A DNA stretch of 64,000 nt from Eubacteriales bacterium (GCA_045658565.1 JAZOVF010000008.1:49051-113050), one strand, 5' to 3'; counted from the first letter of the stretch, positions 46,368-56,515 are shown. Made by a program: numbers and translations. Notes: generated by a model from the letters alone, not told the origin.

Positions 46368-48011
46368 TTAGCCGCTTATCTGTGCCTCAACAAGACTGCC
46401 TCCGCAGTAAATTTCGCGGAGCTTTGGCTTTTCTATCTTGCCTGTGGGGTTGCGAGGTACTTTTGCAAATATTATCTTACGAGGACGCTTGTACTTAGGT
46501 AGAGAGAGACAAAACTCGTTTATCTCCTCCTCGGTGCACTTTTCGCCCTCTTTTATCTCAATTACAGCGGTTGCAATCTCGCCAAGACGCTTATCGGGAA
46601 GACCGATAACCGCAACGTCTTTAATTTTACCAAAAGCTCTTAGGTGGTCCTCAATCTGAACAGGGTAGAGGTTCTCACCGCCCGAAATAATAACGTCCTT
46701 TTTACGGTCAACAAGGTAGATAAATCCGTCCTCGTCCTCCTTTGCCATATCTCCTGTAAGAAGCCAACCGTCTTTAAGAATTTCGGCAGTAGCCTCGGGG
46801 TTCTTGTAATAGCATTTCATAACTCCGTCGCCGAATACCGCAAGCTCGCCAACCTCTCCGGGATTTACAGGCTTCTGGTTTTCGTCAAGAATTGCGGTTT
46901 TCCAGGAATAGCCCGCCTTGCCTATTGCGCCAACCTTGTGTATATTTTCAACACCGAGGTGAACACAGCCCGGGCCGATAGACTCGGAAAGACCGTAGTT
47001 TGTATCATATTCATGGTGAGGGAACACGCTCTTCCATCTCTTGATGAGAGAGGGGGGAACAGGCTGAGCGCCCGCGTGAGTAAGACGCCATTGCTCAAGA
47101 TTTAATTTAGAAAGGTCAATGTCGCCTCTGTCAATGGCATCGAGAATATCCTGAATCCACGGAACAAGAAGCCAAACGATTGATGCCTTTTCGTCGGAGA
47201 CCGCCTCAAGCACCCATTGGGGCTTAACACCCCTCAGCAACACTGCCTTGCCGCCCACAACAAGAGAGCCAAACCAGTGCATCTTTGCTCCTGTATGGTA
47301 GAGGGGAGGAATGCAGAGGAACACATCATCCTTTGCCTGAGAGTGGTGGTTCTGCTCAACGTAGCAGGCTGCGACAAGCGCCTTGTGCTTATGTAAAATT
47401 GCCTTGGGAAATCCTGTTGTTCCCGAGGAGAAGTAAATTGCTCCGTCATCCTCGTCACAAAGCTCAACAGGGGGAACGGTTGAGGAGCAGTAATATGTCA
47501 TATCGGCATAGTTGTCGGCATACTCGGGGGTGTCAGCTTTTTTACCCACAAAGAAGAGGTTGTCTACCGCGGGAATATCATTCTGTATATTGTTTATACG
47601 CTCGATAAACTCGGGGCCAAAGACAAGCATTCTGACATCAGCAAGGTCAAGACAGTATTTTATCTCGTCTGAGGAATAGCGGTAGTTCATAGGCACAACT
47701 ATTGCGCCTGTTTTAAGAATACCGAAGTATATGGGAAGCCATTCAAGGCAGTTCATAAGCAGTATTGCAATCTTGTCGCCTCGCTTTACACCTCTGGTGA
47801 AGAGCAGGTTTGCAAAGCGGTTTGCCTTTATGTCAAAGTCGCGCCAGGTAATCTCACGTCTGTACTTGTCAGACTCAGCCGCAGTCTCAATAAGGCTGTA
47901 CTCGCGCCAGGTAACATTTTTGTCAGGCTGTTTTTCGGGATTTATCTCAACGAGAGCTACGTCATTAGGATAAATTTTGGCGTTTCGTTCAAGAAAATCT
48001 GTAATTGGCAT
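46368..48011 (-). CDS. AMP-dependent acyl-CoA synthetase
   Basis: YFSSGTTGFPKA, YGLSE, TGD, DRKKDVIISGGEN, PRNPTGKI. Confidence 0.94.
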   Translation of the reverse strand: MPITDFLERNAKIYPNDVALVEINPEKQPDKNVTWREYSLIETAAESDKYRREITWRDFDIKANRFANLLFTRGVKRGDKIAILLMNCLEWLPIYFGILKTGAIVVPMNYRYSSDEIKYCLDLADVRMLVFGPEFIERINNIQNDIPAVDNLFFVGKKADTPEYADNYADMTYYCSSTVPPVELCDEDDGAIYFSSGTTGFPKAILHKHKALVAACYVEQNHHSQAKDDVFLCIPPLYHTGAKMHWFGSLVVGGKAVLLRGVKPQWVLEAVSDEKASIVWLLVPWIQDILDAIDRGDIDLSKLNLEQWRLTHAGAQPVPPSLIKRWKSVFPHHEYDTNYGLSESIGPGCVHLGVENIHKVGAIGKAGYSWKTAILDENQKPVNPGEVGELAVFGDGVMKCYYKNPEATAEILKDGWLLTGDMAKEDEDGFIYLVDRKKDVIISGGENLYPVQIEDHLRAFGKIKDVAVIGLPDKRLGEIATAVIEIKEGEKCTEEEINEFCLSLPKYKRPRKIIFAKVPRNPTGKIEKPKLREIYCGGSLVEAQISG

Positions 48012-48241
48012 GGTTTTTCCTCCGTCGTGGGATGAACATTATAATAAATAATATAATATTATAGCACAGCTTTTTCTGTTTGTCGAGGGGTTAATTAGAG
48101 ATTTTTCAAATTTCAAACTGTTTTTTCCCGATTTTTGCTTGAAAAAGAAAAATTATGCCGACTATGCTGAATAAGTATGCAAAAATTAAAAAGCTCCCGA
48201 CAAAAAAAGTCGGGAACTCTCGTAAAATCGAATTGTTTCGT

Positions 48242-48988
48242 TTATTCTCCATAGGCTAAAAGAGCGCGAAGCATCTTTTCGGAAATGTTATATTTACTGC
48301 CCCCGTCTGTGCTGTCAAAAACACCGGGAAGTCTTATACACACAACTGTGTCAGGAGGGAGAAGAGAAAGGTCGGTTGTCTTGTATATTTCAAGAGAGGA
48401 AAGGTAAATGCCCCTGTCTGATGCGTAGGAGTAATCGCCACCCTCCTTTATGTAATTCTTAATGTCGGCAAAAATCTTGTCCTCACCATCACCGTCAAAC
48501 TCGCGGAAAACATCCTCAGAGAAAAGGTAGAGAAAATATCCGCTGTACATAAGGTCGCGTAAGGTCTGGTTGTTGGTTTGAATTTCGCTTTGAAGCTTGT
48601 TTTTTTGTAGCGGGTCTGTAATATCTTTTACCGCCTCATCATATTCATCATAGCTCATAATAAAGAGATTATGTAAATTAAACCTTACAATTCCGTCATT
48701 GTTATAATCTTCGCCGGCTGTTTCAATAGCCTTTGTTATTGTTGAAAGCTCGGTAACACCGTCGCCCGAAAGTGAGGTTGTAGCTATAGCCTTCTCTCCT
48801 GCGTAAATGATGTTTATGTCATATTCGGTCTTGGTAAAAAGCTGAGTTAAGAGTATCGCAGCGACAATGACCACAAAAACACCTACTATAGTGTGCCACT
48901 TGTAATGATACCAGAAGTTTTCAAGCTTTGCCGAAACAGGGATATTAAATTTTGGATTTACAGGTATATCTTGATTTTTTTCGTCCAT
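48242..48988 (-). CDS. Conserved hypothetical single-TM membrane protein
   Basis: KLENFWYHYKWHTI followed by one TM helix and an acidic domain; ATG at 48988. Confidence 0.75.
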   Translation of the reverse strand: MDEKNQDIPVNPKFNIPVSAKLENFWYHYKWHTIVGVFVVIVAAILLTQLFTKTEYDINIIYAGEKAIATTSLSGDGVTELSTITKAIETAGEDYNNDGIVRFNLHNLFIMSYDEYDEAVKDITDPLQKNKLQSEIQTNNQTLRDLMYSGYFLYLFSEDVFREFDGDGEDKIFADIKNYIKEGGDYSYASDRGIYLSSLEIYKTTDLSLLPPDTVVCIRLPGVFDSTDGGSKYNISEKMLRALLAYGE

Positions 48989-49161
48989 TATTTGCCTCGC
49001 GGGATTGTTTTTAATCATTATATCAAATTTAACTTCAATAGTCAATCCAAAACATTTAACATTTTGTAAAACTTCATAAAGGGAAATAATTTCATTGACA
49101 GGTGGGCATTTTTATTATATAATGTAATTATTAAAGTTAAAAGTGTTTGGAGGATATATAT

Positions 49162-50178
49162 ATGGCAGGACCGGGCGGCGGCGGAAACGGCGGCGGATTC
49201 AGAGGTGGCGGTGGAGGCTCCTTTGGCGGATTTGGCGGCGGCAACAGAGGTTATGGCGGAGGCTATCACAGAGGGCCGAGATTTTACGGTCCAGGATTTG
49301 GAATGTTTGGCTTTGGGCCGAGGTGGTACAGACCTTACTATGGCGGATATTACGGAGGCGGCTGTCTTGGCGGTCTTGTGGGACTTATATTCCTGCCTCT
49401 GTTTTTAATACTCTTTGCGGCTATAATGCTGTTTTCTTCGGTAGGAACGGCATTTTCGGCGGTGGCAAACGGCGGTATTGTTCAGTATGATGAAATGAAA
49501 TTCCAGTCCTATGCAGATGCTCGGTATAAAGAGGCATTCGGCACAGGGGAGACCTCCGAGGACAATATTCTTCTTGTGTTCGGGCTTGATGAGGAGAGGC
49601 AGCAGCCTTATATCATCGCCTGGGTTGGCGACAATATTCACCGCAATATTACAAATGCATTTGGAAACGAGAGAACAAAGTTCGGTCAGGTAGTAAATGC
49701 CGAGCTTCCTACAAATTACGATAATGCAATGAGCAAGAGTCTCTCAAACATCGTTCTGGATATGAGAGATTATATTACCGGTCTTGAATTAAAGTCCTCG
49801 TTTGATTATGAGACAGAGGGCGAGCGCGCAGATTCCTATCTTGTAAACAAATCAACTCTCAGCATCAGCGAGCAGACAGTAAACAGTGCATTAGAGGAGT
49901 TTACTTTGCAAACCGAGATTCCTATGGTAATTGTTGTAGCCGAGGCAGAGGAGATTTTCGGTAAAACCATTCCTATGGATAGCTGGTTTACAATTATTAT
50001 AGCCCTTGGACTTATCGCGCTTGCAATTTGGCTCTTTGTTAGAAATATCCTTGACAAAAAGCAGGCGAAAAAGAACGGATATGAAAACGGCAGAAACCAA
50101 AATAATTCGTCGGGATATAACAACAACGGCTATAACAACAATAACGGCAACGGTAATTGGTATAACAACGGATTTTAA
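49162..50178 (+). CDS. Hypothetical membrane protein with Gly-rich N-terminus and Asn-rich C-terminus
   Basis: GGAGG RBS; promoter TTGACA-17-TATAAT at 49095-49123; two TM segments. Confidence 0.8.
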   Translation: MAGPGGGGNGGGFRGGGGGSFGGFGGGNRGYGGGYHRGPRFYGPGFGMFGFGPRWYRPYYGGYYGGGCLGGLVGLIFLPLFLILFAAIMLFSSVGTAFSAVANGGIVQYDEMKFQSYADARYKEAFGTGETSEDNILLVFGLDEERQQPYIIAWVGDNIHRNITNAFGNERTKFGQVVNAELPTNYDNAMSKSLSNIVLDMRDYITGLELKSSFDYETEGERADSYLVNKSTLSISEQTVNSALEEFTLQTEIPMVIVVAEAEEIFGKTIPMDSWFTIIIALGLIALAIWLFVRNILDKKQAKKNGYENGRNQNNSSGYNNNGYNNNNGNGNWYNNGF

Positions 50179-50196
50179 CTAAATGTAACCTAATAT

Positions 50197-50240
50197 AAAA
50201 AACAAGGAATCTTGCAAAACGCAGAATTCCTTGTTTTTTT
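50197..50240. terminator. Bidirectional terminator
   Basis: aaaaaacaaggaat / attccttgttttttt. Confidence 0.8.
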
Positions 50241-50318
50241 AAACCTAAGGTGTTTTCTAGGAAAAAATGATGCTAGGACAAAAATGTTTTTTGTTAACTT
50301 TGAACGAAGAGACAAAAT

Positions 50319-50858
50319 TTAATACTCTTCGTCGTCAAATCGGGTCTCTCGTGCTTCCAGAGAATAGGATTTTACCATTTTTGCAAAATCCTCTGATGCC
50401 TCAATAGTAATTTCAGCCTGTTCCATGGGTGAATTTACTGTTATCAGTATTACAGACTCGGGGGATAGGGTAGGGAGATAGAAATACTTTTTGTAGCCGG
50501 GTGCTGCCTTGTGAGCCTTTCTCTCCTTTGAGTTAAGGATTTTAACATCCGAAATTGCATAAAGATCAAGACGGCAAAGGGTTGTGTGTCTCTTTCCCGA
50601 CATCTGTCTTACAACAAATACGCCTGAGCCATGAGAATCAAAGGTTATGTCGTAGAAATATTCAACACCAATGTACTTTGTGTAGATAAATACTGCTACT
50701 ACAATTGCCCCGAGGGCAAAAAGACCGATAATTCCTTTGTAGCGGTCGGCTATCATGTAAACAATTGTTATCAATGCGCCTATGGCAAGAAGTGTAAAAA
50801 ATGCACGTTTTGCCTTGTTGTTTGAGGGCTTTGCGTGAGAGAAAAATTCGTTAATCAC
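50319..50858 (-). CDS. Hypothetical protein with two N-terminal TM helices
   Basis: 179-aa ORF whose GTG start abuts the upstream stop. Confidence 0.7.
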   Translation of the reverse strand: MINEFFSHAKPSNNKAKRAFFTLLAIGALITIVYMIADRYKGIIGLFALGAIVVAVFIYTKYIGVEYFYDITFDSHGSGVFVVRQMSGKRHTTLCRLDLYAISDVKILNSKERKAHKAAPGYKKYFYLPTLSPESVILITVNSPMEQAEITIEASEDFAKMVKSYSLEARETRFDDEEY

Positions 50859-51617
50859 TTATGGGGTCTCCTTTGCTGACAGCTCGTAGGGTATGAGAGG
50901 GAAGTCCTCGGTATTCCAGTATATCAGTATCATATACGGCTCTTTCATTTCCACACCGTTTATTCTTACCTCAAGTCTTATCCAGTTTACCTCGTTTTCG
51001 GTACCGTTATCTAACTTAACACCGTCAAACACAAGCTTTACATACCTGTACATCATGGCAGAGTCGTATTCTTCGGCTACAAGATTTTCACCCATAGGGC
51101 TTCCAAGCTCACCATCCGGGTCTCCGTCGCTTGTTTGGTCGGAGGAGCGAGCCGCTACAAGAGAAAAATCAAAATTGTCCTTCCAGTCGGGGTCAAGCTC
51201 AATACCGTATTCTTCCTTAATAGTATCCATAAGGCTTACATTGTATCTAAGAGTTATCTGAAGCTCCTCGGTTTCGGGTATGTATATGAAGTGATTGCAG
51301 TAAAAGTTGCCCTCGGAAGAGTCGTCAAAGCCGAAGCTGCTGCTTTCAAGCAGCTTTTGCGTAAGCGCGCCTATATTGCCGCCCTTTGTATTATAAAGCT
51401 CTGTAAGCTCCTCTGTAAAATAAATCGCCTTTGTCTTTTCGGGATAGTAATTAAATGTAAACACTCTGAAAATAAGAAAGGCAACAACGCCGAAGCATAA
51501 AACCACAATAAATATCTTAAGCATAATGCCAACCTTGCTTTTTTTCGGGGATTCGTCCACCTCGTTATAGTCGCCGTAGCGTTCAAAATCACTCATGTTT
51601 TTTAAGTCCTTTGGCAT
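50859..51617 (-). CDS. Hypothetical single-TM acidic protein (start may be 51596)
   Basis: 252-aa ORF with one TM segment. Confidence 0.72.
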   Translation of the reverse strand: MPKDLKNMSDFERYGDYNEVDESPKKSKVGIMLKIFIVVLCFGVVAFLIFRVFTFNYYPEKTKAIYFTEELTELYNTKGGNIGALTQKLLESSSFGFDDSSEGNFYCNHFIYIPETEELQITLRYNVSLMDTIKEEYGIELDPDWKDNFDFSLVAARSSDQTSDGDPDGELGSPMGENLVAEEYDSAMMYRYVKLVFDGVKLDNGTENEVNWIRLEVRINGVEMKEPYMILIYWNTEDFPLIPYELSAKETP

Positions 51618-51722
51618 CGGCCCCGAATATATCGAGGCCGAATTTGTAATACTTAAATTTTATCATAAGGGATAAATAAAGTCAACTACAAAAGCCAAAA
51701 GTTAAAATTTAATTCACATGGC

Positions 51723-51965
51723 TTAAAAAATTTCGTCTCTGCCGAGATACAGGCTGCGCTTTTCCTCCTCGGATAGCTCATCAATGTCAAGACCTGCACT
51801 CATTGCAGTCCAAGCTCTGTTTGGAACAGGGGGATTAAATGCAGGAAGTTCAATTCCGGGACTATTTATGCCCGAAACAGCCCCGGGGGCATCCTTTCTG
51901 TAATTTCTTACGTTGTATTTTTCGGTTTTATTGGTAGTAAGCGTTTCGTTATTTTCGTTTTTCAT
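51723..51965 (-). CDS. Small hypothetical protein (80 aa)
   Basis: AAGGAG RBS before ATG at 51965. Confidence 0.6.
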   Translation of the reverse strand: MKNENNETLTTNKTEKYNVRNYRKDAPGAVSGINSPGIELPAFNPPVPNRAWTAMSAGLDIDELSEEEKRSLYLGRDEIF

Positions 51966-52117
51966 TTTTTTACTCCTTTTTGGCGATGTGTGCGCCGCCT
52001 CAGGGCTAGTATTTGTAACATAAGCCGAATTTATCACAGAGTACGTAAATTTTGCACCTTGGCTTGAAATTTATGCTTTGCTGTGTTAAAATATAATTTA
52101 AGGAAAGGAGGCCTCAA

Positions 52118-53026
52118 ATGCTTTATTACAATCTCAGCGAATATTTCAGAAAAAAATACGGCAAAAGACTAAAAAAAATATGCATAGATGGCGGATTTTC
52201 CTGCCCAAACCGCGACGGAACCTGCGGTCAGGGTGGCTGCATATACTGTGGCGACAGGGGAGCGGGCGAGCATATCGACCCATTAAAATCTATTGCCGAG
52301 CAGGTAAGTTGTGCTGTTTCGGCATCAGGGTTCGATGACCTTTTTGTTGCCTATTTTCAGAATTTTACAAACACCTATGCGCCTGTTAAGGTTTTAAGGG
52401 AGAGATATGACTCCGCCCTTATCGACGAGCGTATAAAGGTGCTGGCTATCGGTACTCGTCCCGACTGTATTGACGAGGATGTATGCCGACTTATCTCAGA
52501 CTATAAGGAAACTCATGACGTGTGGGTTGAGCTTGGACTCCAGACCGCAAATGATAAAACCGCAGATATGATCAACCGCGGCTATCACAGAGATGTGTTT
52601 GAGAGAGCGATGAGCCACCTTAATAAATACGAAATTCCTGTTGTTGTTCATCTTATTGTAGGACTTCCCGGCGAGGGACCGCAAGAAATTAAAAAAACGG
52701 CAGAATACATCAGCCGTTTTGATATATGGGGAATAAAAATACATTCAATCTATGTGTCAAGCGGTACAAAACTTGCCGAAATGTACGAGGCAGGGCAGTA
52801 CACACCCCCCACTCTTTCCGAATTTGTGAATTCTGCGGTGCATATTTTAACTCACATAAGCCCAGATACGGTTGTGCACAGGCTCACAGGCGATTGTCCG
52901 AGGGATATGCTTATAGCTCCCGAGTGGAACTCTGATAAGCACAAAATTATAAATGAAATAAACGGATATCTTGAAAAGAACGGACTTTATCAAGGATGCC
53001 AATACAAAAAGCCTTCCAAGAATTAA
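52118..53026 (+). CDS. TIGR01212 family radical SAM protein (YhcC/YtqA-like)
   Basis: DGGFSCPNRDG...GGCIYC, YFQNFTNTYA, IGTRPDC, VELGLQT, HRLTGD. Confidence 0.95.
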   Translation: MLYYNLSEYFRKKYGKRLKKICIDGGFSCPNRDGTCGQGGCIYCGDRGAGEHIDPLKSIAEQVSCAVSASGFDDLFVAYFQNFTNTYAPVKVLRERYDSALIDERIKVLAIGTRPDCIDEDVCRLISDYKETHDVWVELGLQTANDKTADMINRGYHRDVFERAMSHLNKYEIPVVVHLIVGLPGEGPQEIKKTAEYISRFDIWGIKIHSIYVSSGTKLAEMYEAGQYTPPTLSEFVNSAVHILTHISPDTVVHRLTGDCPRDMLIAPEWNSDKHKIINEINGYLEKNGLYQGCQYKKPSKN

Positions 53027-53053
53027 TTTCGGGAAGGCTTTTCATCTAAAAAA

Positions 53054-53362
53054 CTATTTGAGTATTACCGCTAAGGCTGCAATAGCTGTTTCCAAAATTA
53101 ACACACAAGGATAATAAATAAGAAGTATTTTTTCCAGCATGGCAACAGTAAAACCGTACTTGTTTGCAAAATATCTGATTATCGCCTCTTCAGAGTAGTC
53201 CTTCAGAACAAAAATATACATTAACACGGCTCCGGCAACCAGAATAAAATAGGATAGCATTTCGTCTTTCATAAAAGCGACAATTCCAAAAAATGCAAGG
53301 AAAAAATCAAAAAAGATGGTTATTCCTTTCATAACTATTCTATACATTTCAATAAATACCAA
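53054..53362 (-). CDS. Small hypothetical membrane protein
   Basis: About three TM segments; GGGGAG RBS before TTG. Confidence 0.6.
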   Translation of the reverse strand: MVFIEMYRIVMKGITIFFDFFLAFFGIVAFMKDEMLSYFILVAGAVLMYIFVLKDYSEEAIIRYFANKYGFTVAMLEKILLIYYPCVLILETAIAALAVILK

Positions 53363-53457
53363 TTTAACTCCCCCTAGTTCTATTGTTTGTTTAAGTGTTT
53401 GTTTTCGGTTTACTGTTGCTAATGTAAGTAAATATTGAAAAGCATGATACTCCCTCC

Positions 53458-53706
53458 TTAAACGTCATAGCTTTTCACTCTTTCGATGCAAGAGGGGCAA
53501 AGTCCTAAGTCCGAATTAAGCTCGCCCTGCTTTTTGCACATAGCACACAGGCGCTCCGAAGCCTTTATCAGAACTGTGTCCTCGTTCATAGTGATTAAAA
53601 CCTTTGAGCTTCTTTCAATGCCTAGCTTTTTTCTGAAATCCATAGGAAGAACAACTCTGCCGAGCTTATCAACCTCTCGTTCTATTCCGTTATTTCCTCT
53701 TTTCAT
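53458..53706 (-). CDS. AbrB/MazE/SpoVT family DNA-binding protein with C-terminal CxxC...CxxC
   Basis: GIEREVDKLGRVVLPMDFRKKLGI...CAMC...CPSC. Confidence 0.92.
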   Translation of the reverse strand: MKRGNNGIEREVDKLGRVVLPMDFRKKLGIERSSKVLITMNEDTVLIKASERLCAMCKKQGELNSDLGLCPSCIERVKSYDV

Positions 53707-53726
53707 AAATAAAACCCCTTAAAAGC

Positions 53727-53937
53727 AAAAAGTGCGGCAACCGAAGTCACCGCACCGAAAAACGCAAACCCCGATTGTCGGGAAACAAAATTCAATATAG
53801 GTACTTCTTTCGTCATACCACCACTGATGGAATTTGCGTTTTTACCAAATTCTACCGTGATGATAGACAAAAAAAGGGTATAATTATCCCTATGAACGAA
53901 AATACCTTGTTTTAAATATTGAATTTTATTTCCCGAC
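53727..53937 (-). ncRNA. Candidate structured RNA or attenuator leader upstream of the abrB-like gene
   Basis: Promoter TTGAAA-17-TATAAT at 53941-53969; 22-bp closing stem 53777-53798/53916-53937; cUUCGg terminator hairpin at 53732-53755 with U tract. Confidence 0.6.
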
Positions 53938-54111
53938 TATATTATACCACATAAATACTTTCGTTTCAAGTAATTTTTTAAAAAAAGCTCTATTATTGTC
54001 TTCCTGAGGCACAATTAGCTATTCTGCCACTCAGAATGACAAAAAAGCCTTCCACAAATTAATTTCGGGAAGGCTTTTAAACTAAATTGAAAATCTATTC
54101 TGAATAGCGCA

Positions 54112-55437
54112 TTATTTTAAATGCTTAATTTGCTTATGCTTGGGCATGGTTTTTATATGCTCATCTCTTGCACTTGTCTTACCCTCGGGCTTAATATCAC
54201 CCGACTTGATAAGGGATATTTTAGTAAGCATAGGACCAACAAGCTCGTATATGAGAACTGCGAAGAGAGTAATGCTTCTTATAATCTCTCCGTCAGCTCC
54301 AAGACCGTCTTTAGCAATCATTGACATACCGAGAGCAACACCCGCTTGTGGAAGCAAGGTTATACCCAGATATTTTACTATATTATCGTCGCATTTTGAT
54401 ATCCTTGCACTAAGGTATGCACCGCTATATTTTCCGATTGAACGGCTTAATATGTAAACAATACCTATCAAAACTATCATAAAATCGGCAAAAACAGTAA
54501 GATTAAGCTCTGCGCCCGAAATCACAAAGAAGATGACAAACAATGGAGCTGTCCACCTGTCTACACGTTCCATAAGCTCTTCGGAAAAGTCGCACACGTT
54601 GCAGAAAACCGTGCCTAGCATCATGCATACGAGAAGCGACGAGAAACCGATATGAACGCCCATAACGGTAAAGTCCATCAATGAAAGAGCTATGGTGAGA
54701 AGCACGAATGTAATAGACATTGAAAGACGCTTTGAGCGAGAGTGGAAGAAGCGCTCGCAGAAGTTGAAAATAAAGCCCATAGCCGCACCGAGAACCAACG
54801 AGAGAATAACTTCAAGTACAGGTTCAACCAGCATTGAAATTATGCTTACCGAGCCGCTCTGTATAGCCTTTGCTACACCGAATGAGGCCGCAAAAAGCAT
54901 AAGTCCGACTGCGTCGTCAAGAGCAACAACGGGAAGAAGTATGTCAGTAAGAGGACCCTTTGCCTTATACTGCTTAACAACCATAAGGGTTGCGGCGGGA
55001 GCTGTTGCTGCCGCAATTGCACCGAGAGTCAGCGCCGCAGGCAGACTGAGAACGTCGGGGAAAGCAAAGTGAAAGGCTATTAATGCAGCATCAACAAGAA
55101 GAGTTGTTATAACTGCCTGGAGAATACCGATTATTGTAGCCTGGCGCCCAATTTTTTTCAGCTGAGACAGGCGGAACTCGTTGCCTATCGAGAAGGCAAT
55201 AAAGCCGAGAGCTATCTCGCTTAAAATCTTGAAGCTCTCTACATTCTCCAATGATGTAAACCCGATTCCCGGAACATCGAGCTTTCCAAGAACAAACGGA
55301 CCGACAAGAATACCTGCAACAAGATAAGCGGTAACTGCAGGCAGCTTTAAGAGCTTAGCAAGTCTTGAGAGCATCAGACCTGCAAAAATAGCTATTGAAA
55401 TTGATAAAAGTGTTTGAGTTATGTATTCTTCGGGCAT
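54112..55437 (-). CDS. Cation:proton antiporter (CPA2 family)
   Basis: LPAVTAYLVAGILVGP, IAFSIGNEF, ATAPAAT, VVALDDA, LLPQAGVALG. Confidence 0.93.
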   Translation of the reverse strand: MPEEYITQTLLSISIAIFAGLMLSRLAKLLKLPAVTAYLVAGILVGPFVLGKLDVPGIGFTSLENVESFKILSEIALGFIAFSIGNEFRLSQLKKIGRQATIIGILQAVITTLLVDAALIAFHFAFPDVLSLPAALTLGAIAAATAPAATLMVVKQYKAKGPLTDILLPVVALDDAVGLMLFAASFGVAKAIQSGSVSIISMLVEPVLEVILSLVLGAAMGFIFNFCERFFHSRSKRLSMSITFVLLTIALSLMDFTVMGVHIGFSSLLVCMMLGTVFCNVCDFSEELMERVDRWTAPLFVIFFVISGAELNLTVFADFMIVLIGIVYILSRSIGKYSGAYLSARISKCDDNIVKYLGITLLPQAGVALGMSMIAKDGLGADGEIIRSITLFAVLIYELVGPMLTKISLIKSGDIKPEGKTSARDEHIKTMPKHKQIKHLK

Positions 55438-55719
55438 GGCTTTTACCTCTTTTAGAAATATGTTATATTTTAGGAATCATATATCCGCAATTAAATATTT
55501 TAACACTCTCGGGTGGTAAAGTCAATATCGGATTTTAACAAAAAATATTGCGTGAAGAAAATAAAAATGTGCACTTTTACTCTCCCTAGTATATGTATTT
55601 TGTGCAATGCGGAAAAATTTTAATAATTGAGGTAAGAAATGTTAAAAAAATTATTGACTTTTTCGCTTTAGTGTAGTATCATATTTTATATAAAATAAAA
55701 TATTCGGAGGTGTACATCT

Positions 55720-56046
55720 ATGACAGCAAAAAATGCTTTACTCTTTTTCCTTGCGGTATTTGGAATTCTCTTTGTTGGACTTGACGCTTATCTTCCCGCT
55801 TTGGGTATAACAGGTCTTACAGGTGCTATGTCTGCTATCGGTGGCGGAATGCTCGTTATATTCATGCTTCTGGTTCTCGGTGTAGGATTTGTTCTTAAAA
55901 TGGCGTATATCGTTGTTACTATCAGTCTTGTTGGTTTTGCAGCTTCTGCTCTGCTTGCAGGCGATCTCGTAATGGGTGCTGTTTACGCAGCTGTTGCTTT
56001 TGTTCTTCTTGCTCTCATTCCTAAGGTATTCCTTAGCAAGAAGTAA
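55720..56046 (+). CDS. Small very hydrophobic protein 1 (108 aa)
   Basis: GGAGGTG RBS; promoter TTGACT-17-TATCAT at 55654-55682; 3-4 TM segments. Confidence 0.75.
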   Translation: MTAKNALLFFLAVFGILFVGLDAYLPALGITGLTGAMSAIGGGMLVIFMLLVLGVGFVLKMAYIVVTISLVGFAASALLAGDLVMGAVYAAVAFVLLALIPKVFLSKK

Positions 56047-56110
56047 TATCAAACTTTATTATTTTTGACTTTTCTGCGCCGTGGTGTGGCGCATATCTTT
56101 GGAGGTTTTT

Positions 56111-56449
56111 ATGAAAACGGTTTTACTTGCATTCGTTTATGCATTGTTAGGATTTATATTCGGAGTTTGGGCGCTTGGGGTTCTGGTATTCGGCTTTAAC
56201 GCTCTTCAGGCTGTGTCGGTTTCCTTAACACTCTTTGTACTTCTTCTTGTTGTCTTTATTATTGCTTCGCTTGTTGTCGGTGCTATAGTCATCGTTACAT
56301 TCCTGAACAGAAGAAATATGCTTATTCCCTTGCTTGTTATAATGAGTGCTTGGATTTTGTTCGTTCTTGCCGGATTTGTTAACGCTATGCTCGGTGGCAG
56401 CGCTCTCTTTGATATTCCCGCTTTGTTTGGCTCGCTCTTCCTTGTGTAA
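56111..56449 (+). CDS. Small very hydrophobic protein 2 (112 aa)
   Basis: GGAGG RBS before ATG 56111; 3-4 TM segments. Confidence 0.72.
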   Translation: MKTVLLAFVYALLGFIFGVWALGVLVFGFNALQAVSVSLTLFVLLLVVFIIASLVVGAIVIVTFLNRRNMLIPLLVIMSAWILFVLAGFVNAMLGGSALFDIPALFGSLFLV

Positions 56450-56515
56450 GCTCTGAGCTACATCGGCATAATCAGGTTTGCGGTTTTGAGGTCAATGGTT
56501 TAAGGAGACAATTGA

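Larger units (their letters stand above)
53006..54086. repeat. 45-bp direct repeat (terminator hairpin) flanking a 1-kb islet
   Basis: 53006-53050 and 54042-54086 match at 41 of 45 nt: aaaaagccttcca..aattaatttcgggaaggctttt. Confidence 0.85.

Noticed and set aside
49162-49380. GGC-rich and AAC-rich low-complexity tracts (also 50090-50175)
   Set aside because: Explained by Gly-rich and Asn-rich coding sequence, not independent DNA repeats
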